Source of the DNA: Ostreococcus lucimarinus
Taxonomy: Eukaryota
Assembly (NCBI GenBank): GCA_000092065.1
Contig: CP000593.1
Length of the DNA: 64,000 nt
Direction: 5' to 3' (one strand)
Shown here: piece after piece, positions 10,118-19,127 of the stretch
Layout of the letters: each line of letters opens with the position of its first letter
Numbering within the stretch: position 1 is the stretch's first letter
Notes under the pieces: model-generated
The model's database searches: none
Told to the model about the DNA's origin: nothing
What the model saw: only the letters and a program-made list of their open reading frames with translations
Translations under genes and position numbers: made by a program

Positions 10118-12868
10118 ATGCACGAGCGATACGAATCGCGCGTCGTAGAACACACCGCCGCTCTTCGCGAGCAGAAAGCCCTCGCGAAGTTCCTAGCGCT
10201 TTTTAGTCACGTAGCCGTCAACTTTCGAGCGACGACGACTCAACCTCACAGCGCGACGCCGGTCGCGTCATGCCACCGCGCGCGCGCGCGATCCCTCACC
10301 CTAAAACCGAATCCGATCCGTTTGATCTCGCCGACGTCGCGAGCGCGCTCCAGGTGCGCGCGCGAGCGCTCGTTTTCTCAAGCTCAACTGTCCGCGCAAC
10401 GACCCGACTCGACGACTGACGACGAAACGACGGCGACTCGCGCGCAGGATGACGCGCGCGCGCACGTCGGTGAGTTCGTGGTGAACGAGTTCAAGCGGCA
10501 CGAAGCGTACGTGCGCGTGGAAGGGCTGCCGCTGGACGTCAAGTGCGAGGGCTGGGAGCGTCAGGGCAGAAGCGTGCACGGCGACCGCGTGCGAGTGGTA
10601 ATCGACGCGTGCGATCGCTGGGAGCGCGTCGTGGGGACTAAAGGCGAGATTTCAGACGAAGAGAGAGCGTTCGTAAGCGTAGAGGCGCTCGCATCGGTGT
10701 GTCGACGAGGGTGGCGACCGACGGGACGCGTCGTCCCGGATGCGCCGGTGACGCCGGCGACGCGGCGCTCGAGGATGGTCGGGAGGGTAGAAGTCCAAGA
10801 CGGCGGCGCGTCGCTCACATTCGTGCCCTTGGATCCAAAGTTGCCGAAGGGCCGCGTTTCTGAGTTTAGCGTGCCGAAGTCGTTACAGAAGACGCTGGCG
10901 TCGGGGGCGGAGGATGTCGAGGACGTCTTCGTGGCGGTGCGACTTAGAAAGTGGAGCAAAGGGATGTCGATGCCGATGATGGACATCATCGAGGTCGTGG
11001 GAAAAGGAAGTATGGGTGATGATTTAGATTTCATGACGAAAGTCATCGTCGCCGAGCACGGCATAGAGAGCGGAGATTTTAGCGCGGATGCGACGGCGTG
11101 TTTACCAAAGGTCAAAGTCGGCGATCACTGGAAAATTCCACCCGAGGAGATGAAACGGCGGGTGAATTTTAGGGAAAAGCTCGTTTTTAGCATAGACCCA
11201 CCGACGGCGCGAGATTTGGACGATGCGCTGAGCGTCCAAGTTTTGCCCGATGGTTGTCTAAACGTCGGCGTGCACATCGCCGACGTGTCACACTTCGTCA
11301 AGCCTGACACGCCGCTCGACGCCGAGGCGAGAGAACGAGGCACCACGACGTATCTCGTGCACACCATTTTTCCAATGTTGCCTAGACTTTTGTGCGAAAA
11401 TCTGTGCTCACTCAATCCTGGCGTTGAAAGATTAACGTTTTCGGTGGAATGGAAGATGACGCGTGGTGGCGTTGTGAAGAATGTCTCGTTCAAGCGTGGC
11501 GTGATAAAGAGCGCTGCGAAGCTGTCATACATTCACGTTCAAAATGTGATCGATGCTGGGTCGGACGTGAACAAAGCGAAAGAGGCACTAGATGATGTGA
11601 AGTTTTCAGGCGCGTACACCGCTGAAGACGTCATCGAGAGCATTTCAATCTTGAACGCAGCTGCGAAAGCGATGCGCAAGAAGAGATTTGAAGCCGGCGC
11701 TGTTCGATTGGATCAACCAAAGGTTGGTTTTGAGCTTAACGATGACTACGAGCCCGTGGGAGCTGCACCTTACGTCATTCGCGACAGCAATCGTCTTGTC
11801 GAGGAGTACATGCTACTCGCCAATATGTACGTCGCCGAGTTCATAGCCGAGATTTTCCCATCGCACGCCATGCTTCGATGCCATCCGCCGCCGAACGAAC
11901 GGAAGCTCATGGAGCTATCCACGTTCGCCAGCGAGCACGATATCGATATCGACATATCATCTTCGAAACGTCTTCACGACAGTTTGCGAGCAATAGCGCG
12001 CGACTCGCAAGATTTGTTTGACATCGTGCAGCTGCTCGCTACAAAGCCCATGCAACTGGCGAAATACTTTTGTACGGGGAGCGTGGACGAAGAGCAATGG
12101 CGGCATTACGCTCTCGCCGTTCCTTATTACACGCACTTTACGTCGCCTATTCGTCGATATCCGGATATCATTGTGCATCGTCTACTCGCAGCGGCGCTCG
12201 AGCACGCTGAGAGACAAGGGAAATCCAGTGAGCGAGACGTCGTAGAGAAACACAGTCTCATGACGCCGGAAATCTGTAGCGACGTCGCTGATCACTGCAA
12301 CGAGCGGAAACTCGCGGCGAAGTACGCCCAAGAGCGGAGTCAGCACTTGTTTCTCTGCAAATATCTGCAGAAAAATCCGGTCATCGCGCGTGCGATTGTA
12401 AGGCAACTCGGGCAGCAATACGTCGTCGCCTATCTCCCGGCGTTTGGATTCGAAATCAAAATTTACCTCGAAAAGCAGCGTCACGTGAAAGTCACACAAA
12501 AGGGATTTTCAAAGGGTCAATCATTGACGAAAGAATTAGACGTGACGTTAGACGTCCGTAAAGAGTGCGAAGAGGCCGCGAAAATCGCCGCTGCGGGTGC
12601 CGCCGCACTCGAGATTTTAGATCGATCGACGTACAAGAGCACGCTCAAGCACGCCAGAGGTTTGCGCGGGCGATGCCTCAATACTACGGAAGAGCAAGAG
12701 ACGTTCATAGATGATGCGGTCATGGACGACGCGCTGGTTTTACCTACTTCGATCAAGGCGCTGGATAAGATGCCTGTGATTTTATGCGTGCACAAAGAGT
12801 CGACAATTAAGTTTGAGATTTACGGCCACGTCCTCTTCTCAAATCCATTTTACACAGCTTTCGCTTAG
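10118..12868 (+). CDS. RNase II/RNB-family 3'-5' exoribonuclease, DIS3L2/SOV-like (no PIN domain)
   Basis: Cold-shock domains ([16 protein letters not shown]...[10 protein letters not shown]). The RNB catalytic motif [20 protein letters not shown]-terminal S1-like domain. No N-terminal PIN domain, so DIS3L2-type rather than Rrp44. Confidence 0.8.
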   Translation: MHERYESRVVEHTAALREQKALAKFLALFSHVAVNFRATTTQPHSATPVASCHRARARSLTLKPNPIRLISPTSRARSRCARERSFSQAQLSAQRPDSTTDDETTATRAQDDARAHVGEFVVNEFKRHEAYVRVEGLPLDVKCEGWERQGRSVHGDRVRVVIDACDRWERVVGTKGEISDEERAFVSVEALASVCRRGWRPTGRVVPDAPVTPATRRSRMVGRVEVQDGGASLTFVPLDPKLPKGRVSEFSVPKSLQKTLASGAEDVEDVFVAVRLRKWSKGMSMPMMDIIEVVGKGSMGDDLDFMTKVIVAEHGIESGDFSADATACLPKVKVGDHWKIPPEEMKRRVNFREKLVFSIDPPTARDLDDALSVQVLPDGCLNVGVHIADVSHFVKPDTPLDAEARERGTTTYLVHTIFPMLPRLLCENLCSLNPGVERLTFSVEWKMTRGGVVKNVSFKRGVIKSAAKLSYIHVQNVIDAGSDVNKAKEALDDVKFSGAYTAEDVIESISILNAAAKAMRKKRFEAGAVRLDQPKVGFELNDDYEPVGAAPYVIRDSNRLVEEYMLLANMYVAEFIAEIFPSHAMLRCHPPPNERKLMELSTFASEHDIDIDISSSKRLHDSLRAIARDSQDLFDIVQLLATKPMQLAKYFCTGSVDEEQWRHYALAVPYYTHFTSPIRRYPDIIVHRLLAAALEHAERQGKSSERDVVEKHSLMTPEICSDVADHCNERKLAAKYAQERSQHLFLCKYLQKNPVIARAIVRQLGQQYVVAYLPAFGFEIKIYLEKQRHVKVTQKGFSKGQSLTKELDVTLDVRKECEEAAKIAAAGAAALEILDRSTYKSTLKHARGLRGRCLNTTEEQETFIDDAVMDDALVLPTSIKALDKMPVILCVHKESTIKFEIYGHVLFSNPFYTAFA

Positions 12869-13273
12869 CCTCGAGTTGCAATTCATGATTAGTTTGTTTC
12901 GTTGCCTCGAGTTGCAATTCATGTTTCGTTGCATGTGATGCTGATGTTATTACATAATAGCTCGCGAGTAAAAGACATGGAATCGCGAGAAGACATGTAT
13001 TTGAACACAGATACCTCTCCACTCGAGGCACCGTCGCTCTAAACCTCCCAGTCGTGACCACGTGACGGCGAAGCGGTAACGCGTAGTTAAACGCAGTATG
13101 CACGCTTTCAAGGCGCCATGTCGTGACAATGGTGCACGAGTACAGAGAGCAAAAGTGCGCAGGACAACACAGCGATTGCTTGTACTCGTGACTGGGTAGC
13201 GGCGGCTCCAAAAGGAATCCATCAAAATCTTCGTCTTATTGAACTTTGCCGTTGCGGCAAAGCTTTTCCAAAC

Positions 13274-14533
13274 TCACATCTCCTCGTCCGTGGCTTCTTC
13301 AGAGTTCGACCCGGCGTCCGAGTTATCGGACAAGGGGAACTCCATGACACAAGATGGAGTCTGAGGGCGCATAGTGGCCTCCTTGGCGTCTGTAAACGAG
13401 AAGGCGTGCGCGGTCGACATAGACGCACCGCACAAGTTCGGAACGCTGATGGTGGATCGCAGACGATCGTTGCGTTCATACGTGTAATACGCAACGACAC
13501 CTTCCACGTCAAACTCTTGGCGAGTAGCTTGCGCGCGAGAGTATCCCGGCACAAATGCACCGTTGGCGAGCACTTCAGTGGCGACCTCAGCGGCGTTCAA
13601 ACCGTCGATGGAGATGGCGAACACCATCTTCCCGGGCTTGAACACGGAGGCGACCTTACGAACGTACGCGAAGGCATCGAGGTCTTGCACTTCCACGTTG
13701 GACAGCTCGCACGAGGCGTACGAGAATCCATCTTCGGGAGTGATGTGAATAGTGCTGAACTGGCCATCTAAAGAGCCTTTCTCGTGCAAGCCATTCATCG
13801 AATACCCGCACGGTTCGAAGACGTAGTCGTCGATGTCAAATTCCTCAAAAATCGATCGAATACCGCTGTCTGTGGTGGTTTGGGCCGAGCTCACAAAGGT
13901 TTCTTCTTTGCGATAGAAGTGTTCTTCGCAATGCGCGCGATTGAGATGCGTCATGCACACTTCGAGAGAAGCCTTCGGTCTGGCGTCTTGCAACGGGCAC
14001 GCGTCGCCAGAGACATACACGTGCCATTGCACACCCTTGAGTTTACTCCCCAAGATGTAAGACGACCCACCAGCCGCCGACAAGTTACCGAAGTGTTTCT
14101 CCAAAAACGCAGTCTCGTCATCGAACGAGGCGTGCAATTCGGGTTGCAAGTCAGGCTTGTCAAACGACGAGCGCGTAAACTTGACGCGTCGCGGTTCCAT
14201 GCCAACCTCGGCGGCGTACTTCAAGATGTTCGGCACACCCGCGAGAAGATGCGTGGTGCCACACGTCTTCAACACCAACTTGGTGGGAAAGACGAAGAGC
14301 GATGACTCCGACAAGACGTAGGCGTCAAATTTGTCATTCGAGCGAACGCTGACGATTTCACACCGCGCCGCCGTCATGCACTCATCGAGCTGCGCCCGCG
14401 CAATCTCCCTCAAGCCGCGCGGGTTCCTCTCGTTGAAGTGAAAGTCAATTTCAATGCGCTTCTCCGCGCCCTCAAAGTGCGGCGACGGGTAAATCCCGTC
14501 CACCGTCGTCACGGAAGCCGTCGCAGCAACCAT
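13274..14533 (-). CDS. S-adenosylmethionine decarboxylase proenzyme (AdoMetDC)
   Basis: N-terminal FEGAEKRIEIDF (compare FEGPEKLLEVWF). The processing site YVLSESSLFVFP (compare LSESSMFV, serine becoming pyruvoyl) is present, as is the core fold. The C-terminus has an acidic extension. Confidence 0.85.
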   Translation of the reverse strand: MVAATASVTTVDGIYPSPHFEGAEKRIEIDFHFNERNPRGLREIARAQLDECMTAARCEIVSVRSNDKFDAYVLSESSLFVFPTKLVLKTCGTTHLLAGVPNILKYAAEVGMEPRRVKFTRSSFDKPDLQPELHASFDDETAFLEKHFGNLSAAGGSSYILGSKLKGVQWHVYVSGDACPLQDARPKASLEVCMTHLNRAHCEEHFYRKEETFVSSAQTTTDSGIRSIFEEFDIDDYVFEPCGYSMNGLHEKGSLDGQFSTIHITPEDGFSYASCELSNVEVQDLDAFAYVRKVASVFKPGKMVFAISIDGLNAAEVATEVLANGAFVPGYSRAQATRQEFDVEGVVAYYTYERNDRLRSTISVPNLCGASMSTAHAFSFTDAKEATMRPQTPSCVMEFPLSDNSDAGSNSEEATDEEM

Positions 14534-14647
14534 GATACTATACCTCGTCGATACGAAATCTACGTATCCACGTTTCCCAACGTCAAATCAATTCTTCTAG
14601 TTGCGTTTTCCTCACGAGCACGCTACTCTTTAATCGATTTCACCGTG

Positions 14648-14803
14648 TCAGGAAGGTGATCTCGTCAAGTCCTGATACGCGCTGCTCGCGTACTTTTCGC
14701 ACCCCCACGGTCGCAAATCGGCGATGAAGCTCGATTCCGTTACCTTGTTCTGTTCCTCTTCGTCCCGTATATTATCGCTACTACCGTCCTCGGAGTCCAT
14801 CAT
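14648..14803 (-). promoter_or_regulatory. Conserved-peptide upstream ORF (51 codons) in the AdoMetDC 5' leader
   Basis: The minus-strand ORF ATGATGGAC...TCACCTTCCTGA encodes MMDSEDGSSDNIRDEEEQNKVTESSFIADLRPWGCEKYASSAYQDLTRSPS*. It ends 114 nt upstream of the AdoMetDC ATG. It resembles the plant AdoMetDC small-uORF peptide (MMES...SIEDVRPNGGIKKFKSSVYSNCSKRPS*): MM-D/E-S start, S-x-I-x-D-L/V-R-P-x-G...K...SS-x-Y...RPS/SPS-stop. At 51 codons it falls below the ORF-track size cutoff. Confidence 0.6.
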
Positions 14804-15551
14804 CTTCGTCGTCGATTCGCGGCCTTCGCCTTTTTTCGTGTTTTCGAGCTTCTCGCCCTTTTATTCCCTCACCCGAGAGAGCGTACGAGTTTGACTCCTT
14901 CGCCGCGCCTAAACTTTACTGTTGACCGTCCCTCGTTCACGCCGATCGACCTCTCGCCGTTCGACGCGCGCGCGTTATCCGTCGCGACGCTCGCGGCCGA
15001 CAATAATCAAACTTTATCACCGAACGCGCGCGTGCTCGCCCGTCCTTCGTCCCGCGCGCTGACCGCAACGCGTTTTACGATCGATTAATCTTTCGATCGG
15101 CGCCGCGATGAAAACGCGTGCGCGAGCTTTTATTCGCCTCGTGCGTCGCGCGCGAGGTGCGTCGCGCTGGAACGAGCGTGCGTTCGGGCGCGAGGATTTT
15201 GTTTCGCGACGTGCGTCGGCCGTGCGGGTGCGCGGGCGCGTGTGCGTCGAGTGGTGGCGCGCGATGCGACGCGGCGGCGACGCGACGTCGACGCGGTTCG
15301 GCGATCGGGTATCCGATTAGGGCTTTCGAGACCACAGGCGAGGCAGAGGCGACGGCGAAGGAGAGATCGAGGGCGCGACGCGCGCGCGATGACGGGTGAA
15401 AAGAGAACGTAAGTGATGTCGTGGTATTAAGAATGAGATCTAAGCGTGGATGAGGCGTGAAAACGAATCGTGCGAACGAACGAACGAACGAACGAAGGCG
15501 CGCGACGTCGCGCCGAGTGGACGACGAGCCGGCGACGAGCGATTTCGTCGC

Positions 15552-16955
15552 TTAGATGGCCTTGTACTCAACCTTGGTGATCTTACCCAACATGACGGCG
15601 GTGTTACCGTCCAAGAAAGCGATGCGGGAAAGACCTTCGCACTTCTTGAAGGAGTCGACGACGAGCGGGTGGACCGGCTCGAAGACGCACTCGGCGACTT
15701 CGTTGGACTTCAACGACATCGGGGACTCGAGCTTCTTACCGCCGGTTTCCTTGCCAACCTTGAAGTTGAGCGCGGTCAACTTGCACGCGGAGCGGCCGCA
15801 TCGGACGAAACCGATGGGGCTGTAGCCCGCCTTGAGTTCACCCGGAATGTCCAAGGTTTGGATTTGCGCGGTGAACTCCTTGCACGGGGCGAGGGAGGTG
15901 TCCTTCTTGTAGATCATCACGTCACCGGTGCGCGGCATGTTGAGCTTGTCGAGACCCTTGATGTTCATACCGACGTTGTCACCCGGCGCGGCGGCTTCGA
16001 CGCGCTTGTGGTGCATTTCGACGGTGAACACCTTACCACCGCACGGGTTGGAGGAGGTGTGGGTCGGGAGGAAGACGACGTCTTCACCCGGCTTGACGAG
16101 ACCTTGCTCGACGCGACCGGCGAGGACATCACCGACACCCTTGATCTTGTAGACACCGGAAATCGGAAGGCGCATGGCGGCTTCCGTGTTGCGGTCCGGC
16201 TTGTCGACCATGTCGTTGAGGACGTTGAGGAGGCAGTCGATGTGGAACTTCTTGCCGCCGCCCATGTAGTCTTCGACGTCGACGCCGTTCCACCACGGCA
16301 TCTTCGCGGACTTGGACAACAAGTTGTCGCCGTTCCAGCCAGAGATCGGGAGGACCGGGACGCTCTTCTCGACGTAATCCTTCTTCCAGCCGACCTTGAT
16401 CAACATGTTCTTCATTTCGTTGCGAATTTCTTCGTAACGCTCTTGCTTGTAGCCAGCCATGTCGCAATCCATCTTGTTGATGCCGCAAATGAGCTGCTTG
16501 ACGCCGAGCAAGTTGAGAAGACGCGCGTGCTGGCGCGTTTGGCCTTGGACTTCACCAGCCTTGTGGTTACCCTTTTGGATGGCGACCGTGAAGTTACCGT
16601 CCGCCGGCACCATGAGAAGCGCCACATCGGCTTGCGCCGCGCCGGAAATCATGTTCTTGATGAAATCGCGGTGACCCGGGGCGTCGATGATGGTGTAGTG
16701 CCACTTGTCCGTGAAGAATTCCTTGGTCGTGCAAGAAATCGTCACACCACGCTCACGCTCTTCCTTTTGGCGATCCATGTAGAACGCGAACGCGAAAGAA
16801 GACTTACCGAGCGCATCGGCTTCGGCGCGAAGCTTTTCGAGTTCGCGCTCCGGGATACCCCCGAGCTCGAATAACAAGCGACCGGTCGTCGTCGACTTAC
16901 CGGAATCGACGTGACCGCAGATCACGATGGAAAGATGTTCCTTGCCTTCAGACAT
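15552..16955 (-). CDS. Elongation factor-like GTPase (EFL), EF-1alpha paralog
   Basis: GHVDSGKSTTTG, DAPGH, NKMD. EFL-specific stretches FAFAFYMDRQKEERERGVTI and TTKEFFT stand where EF-1alpha has [20 protein letters not shown]. The gene is 467 aa with a real ATG. Confidence 0.85.
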   Translation of the reverse strand: MSEGKEHLSIVICGHVDSGKSTTTGRLLFELGGIPERELEKLRAEADALGKSSFAFAFYMDRQKEERERGVTISCTTKEFFTDKWHYTIIDAPGHRDFIKNMISGAAQADVALLMVPADGNFTVAIQKGNHKAGEVQGQTRQHARLLNLLGVKQLICGINKMDCDMAGYKQERYEEIRNEMKNMLIKVGWKKDYVEKSVPVLPISGWNGDNLLSKSAKMPWWNGVDVEDYMGGGKKFHIDCLLNVLNDMVDKPDRNTEAAMRLPISGVYKIKGVGDVLAGRVEQGLVKPGEDVVFLPTHTSSNPCGGKVFTVEMHHKRVEAAAPGDNVGMNIKGLDKLNMPRTGDVMIYKKDTSLAPCKEFTAQIQTLDIPGELKAGYSPIGFVRCGRSACKLTALNFKVGKETGGKKLESPMSLKSNEVAECVFEPVHPLVVDSFKKCEGLSRIAFLDGNTAVMLGKITKVEYKAI

Positions 16956-17542
16956 TTCTATCGTTCGTTCGTTCGCGCGCGCGTTTCAACGTCAGTCTCC
17001 GCGTCTCGGTCGTCGTCGCGTCCCGGCGGTGTTATCCACAAACCCGAAAGATGGTCTCCGGGACGGCGCGGTCAAACGACCGTCCCGTTGACGCGTCGCG
17101 CGCGTCTCCGTCCCTCCCGCGCGCGACGGCGCCGCGATGTATTCTTCGCCGTCGTTTGCGCGTCACCGCGTCGTCGTCGCGCGCGCGCGCGCGACGACGA
17201 CGCGCGAATGCGTCGAGGCGGCGCGAACCCGCGCGGCGCGGCGGCGCGCATCGCGCGGGCTCGACGCGCGCGCGCGCGACGCGACCACGGCGGGGGGGCG
17301 CGGATGGGCGGGAGATATTTTAAGCGATCGTTTCGACGCGCGAGGCGTACCGATGGAGTCGTGTGTGTGCGCGAGAGTGACGATAACGTCGACGACCAGA
17401 GGCGGATTACTCGCGCCGTGGCGAAAATGGCTTTACACTGAAATAGCATACAACAGCTGCGCGGAGAGGGCGCGACGGACCGCGGACCAGGGAGGGCGCG
17501 ACGCGAGTCGGAATCGGTCGATCGGGATCACCGCGATCGCCA

Positions 17543-18142
17543 TCACTTTTCGACGTATCCAAAGTACGCGTACGCCGCGGTGAAGACGGCCCAGACCGGG
17601 GCGTCCCAGGCGCCGACGCCGAATGCAGTCGCGACCAAGTACAGCATCGGGAAGACGTTCAACGCGCAAAATTTCTTCACCTGCGAGGCGCCGCCGCGAA
17701 CGGCGGTGATCTTACCGGCGAACCAACCGAGCTGAGCGGTGATGATCCAAGCCTTGAAGATGGGCCAATTCGATGCGGTCATGCCGGCGTTGACGAGCGT
17801 CGGCATGATTTTCGCGAAGAGCTCGTAATTCGTCGCCGCGACGATGGTGTACGCGAGCACGGTGAACGCGCTCAGCGCCAAGAACTGCACGCTCAGCGCG
17901 GCATCTTTGAGTTTCGTGATGTACATCACCGTCGGTCGGCGCGAGACGGCGTGGGCGATGACGGACCGTCGCGGCGCCGGCGCTGACGAGGACGCCGCGA
18001 GCGCGATCGTGGCGCGCGCGCCCTTGACGGCGCGCGGTTCGCGCGTGACGCGCACCAGACGCGCTCGAGACTTTGACTCGATGCTCGCGAGCGAGCGCGA
18101 TAAGGCAGGGCGCGCGTGCGTGTTGATCGTACCGGCGAGCAT
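17543..18142 (-). CDS. Small multi-pass membrane protein with an organelle transit-peptide-like N-terminus (unknown function)
   Basis: The first 70 aa are R/S/A-rich. Three to four hydrophobic helices follow (LSVQFLALSAFTVLAYTIV, WIITAQLGWFAGKI, FCALNVFPMLYLVATAFGV). Real ATG. No family recognised. Confidence 0.45.
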   Translation of the reverse strand: MLAGTINTHARPALSRSLASIESKSRARLVRVTREPRAVKGARATIALAASSSAPAPRRSVIAHAVSRRPTVMYITKLKDAALSVQFLALSAFTVLAYTIVAATNYELFAKIMPTLVNAGMTASNWPIFKAWIITAQLGWFAGKITAVRGGASQVKKFCALNVFPMLYLVATAFGVGAWDAPVWAVFTAAYAYFGYVEK

Positions 18143-18405
18143 GACGAATTAGAGGATTGCGGCGGGGAGCCACAAAGTGAGGCGAAAGCGTAGAAGTGCG
18201 AGCGCACGTACCGCGATTATGAAACTAAATTTTATAATGAAACATTGACAATTGTTGATTGTTTGTACAAATGAATGTCGTCTTCGCGAGGACGAGGACG
18301 AATGCGGACAAAAGAATAGAATAGAAGACCGTCGCGAGGCCGCACCGAGCGTTGACGCGAAAAATACAAAAAGACGCACGCCTCGCGCCGATGAGTGACT
18401 GCGTC

Positions 18406-18960
18406 TCAGGCGCTCTGTGGGACGGCAGATTTGAGCCACTCGCGCATCGCGCGCTCGTTCCCCGCCGCGATGGATTCGGACGTCAACTTGGCGACGTTGT
18501 GCCACTCGAAATCCTCCTCCGCGTACGCGCGACGAACCGCCATGATCCGCTCCGCCAGCGTCGGATTCACTCGCGTCAGCGCGATCAACCACTGTTCGCC
18601 GTCGCGCACGGGATTCGCCTCGAGATAGTCGAGCAAAAACTCGTGCGACGTCGTCACTCGTCTCGCTTCTCCTTCGCCGTCCTCGCCGGCGTCCTCGCCC
18701 GCGACCGACCGACGCGGCGCCACGTTTTCGAGCTGCGAGATCACGATCCACGCCGACACGTACGTCAACATCGCGTTCATGAGCTCGCTCGCTCTGCGCT
18801 CGGGCGACACGCCTCCGAACGCGCCCGCGGGGACGAACATCTTTTCGTCATCCCCGAGCGAACGGCGGCGCGCGAACCGACGCGAGCGACGCGAGGGACG
18901 CGAGATGCCGACGCGCGCGGGCGCGGGCGAAGCGACCGTCACCGCGGTGAACGTCGTCAT
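18406..18960 (-). CDS. RbcX-like Rubisco assembly chaperone (tentative), chloroplast-targeted
   Basis: LTYVSAWIVISQLENV and FLLDYLEANP...LAERIMAVRRAYAEEDFEW resemble cyanobacterial/plant RbcX (LTYQAVR.I..QL.E.NP ... LVLRILTVRENLAEG). Weak but collinear. The N-terminus is R/S-rich and transit-like. Real ATG. Confidence 0.45.
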   Translation of the reverse strand: MTTFTAVTVASPAPARVGISRPSRRSRRFARRRSLGDDEKMFVPAGAFGGVSPERRASELMNAMLTYVSAWIVISQLENVAPRRSVAGEDAGEDGEGEARRVTTSHEFLLDYLEANPVRDGEQWLIALTRVNPTLAERIMAVRRAYAEEDFEWHNVAKLTSESIAAGNERAMREWLKSAVPQSA

Positions 18961-19127
18961 CGGCGGCGCGCGCGGTCGAGGGCGGCGCGCGGTCGAGGGC
19001 GGCGGGCTGTGGGACGCGCCGCACTCCCGGGTTGTACCGTTGTACCCTAACTAACTTTTCCAGACGCAGGCGAGGCGCGCGCGAACGGGACGAAGGCTCG
19101 TCGACTGATATGATACGACATGAATCT

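Noticed and set aside
9125-10153. Upstream extensions of several listed ORFs (ABC 6821..10153, SET 19128..22424, coiled-coil 44437..46362, HCF136 from 46047, TLK to 52749, large helical protein from 23795, eIF2B to 34037, HAD to 6772)
   Set aside because: The extensions begin at GTG/TTG/CTG codons and encode R/A/S/P-rich strings before the first ATG that aligns with homologs. They were treated as artefacts of alternative-start ORF calling and the starts were reset to in-frame ATGs.
12807-13211. 134-aa ORF between the RNase II and AdoMetDC stops (and 12950..13225)
   Set aside because: It lies in the AT-richer convergent 3' UTR region. Its translation merely reflects the short direct repeat, with no start-proximal context or motifs.
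15450-16874. 474-aa ORF antisense to the EFL gene, plus 16129..16488
   Set aside because: This is the mirror image of a highly conserved gene. The translation is D/V/L/R-rich with no motifs, and EFL on the minus strand is unambiguous.
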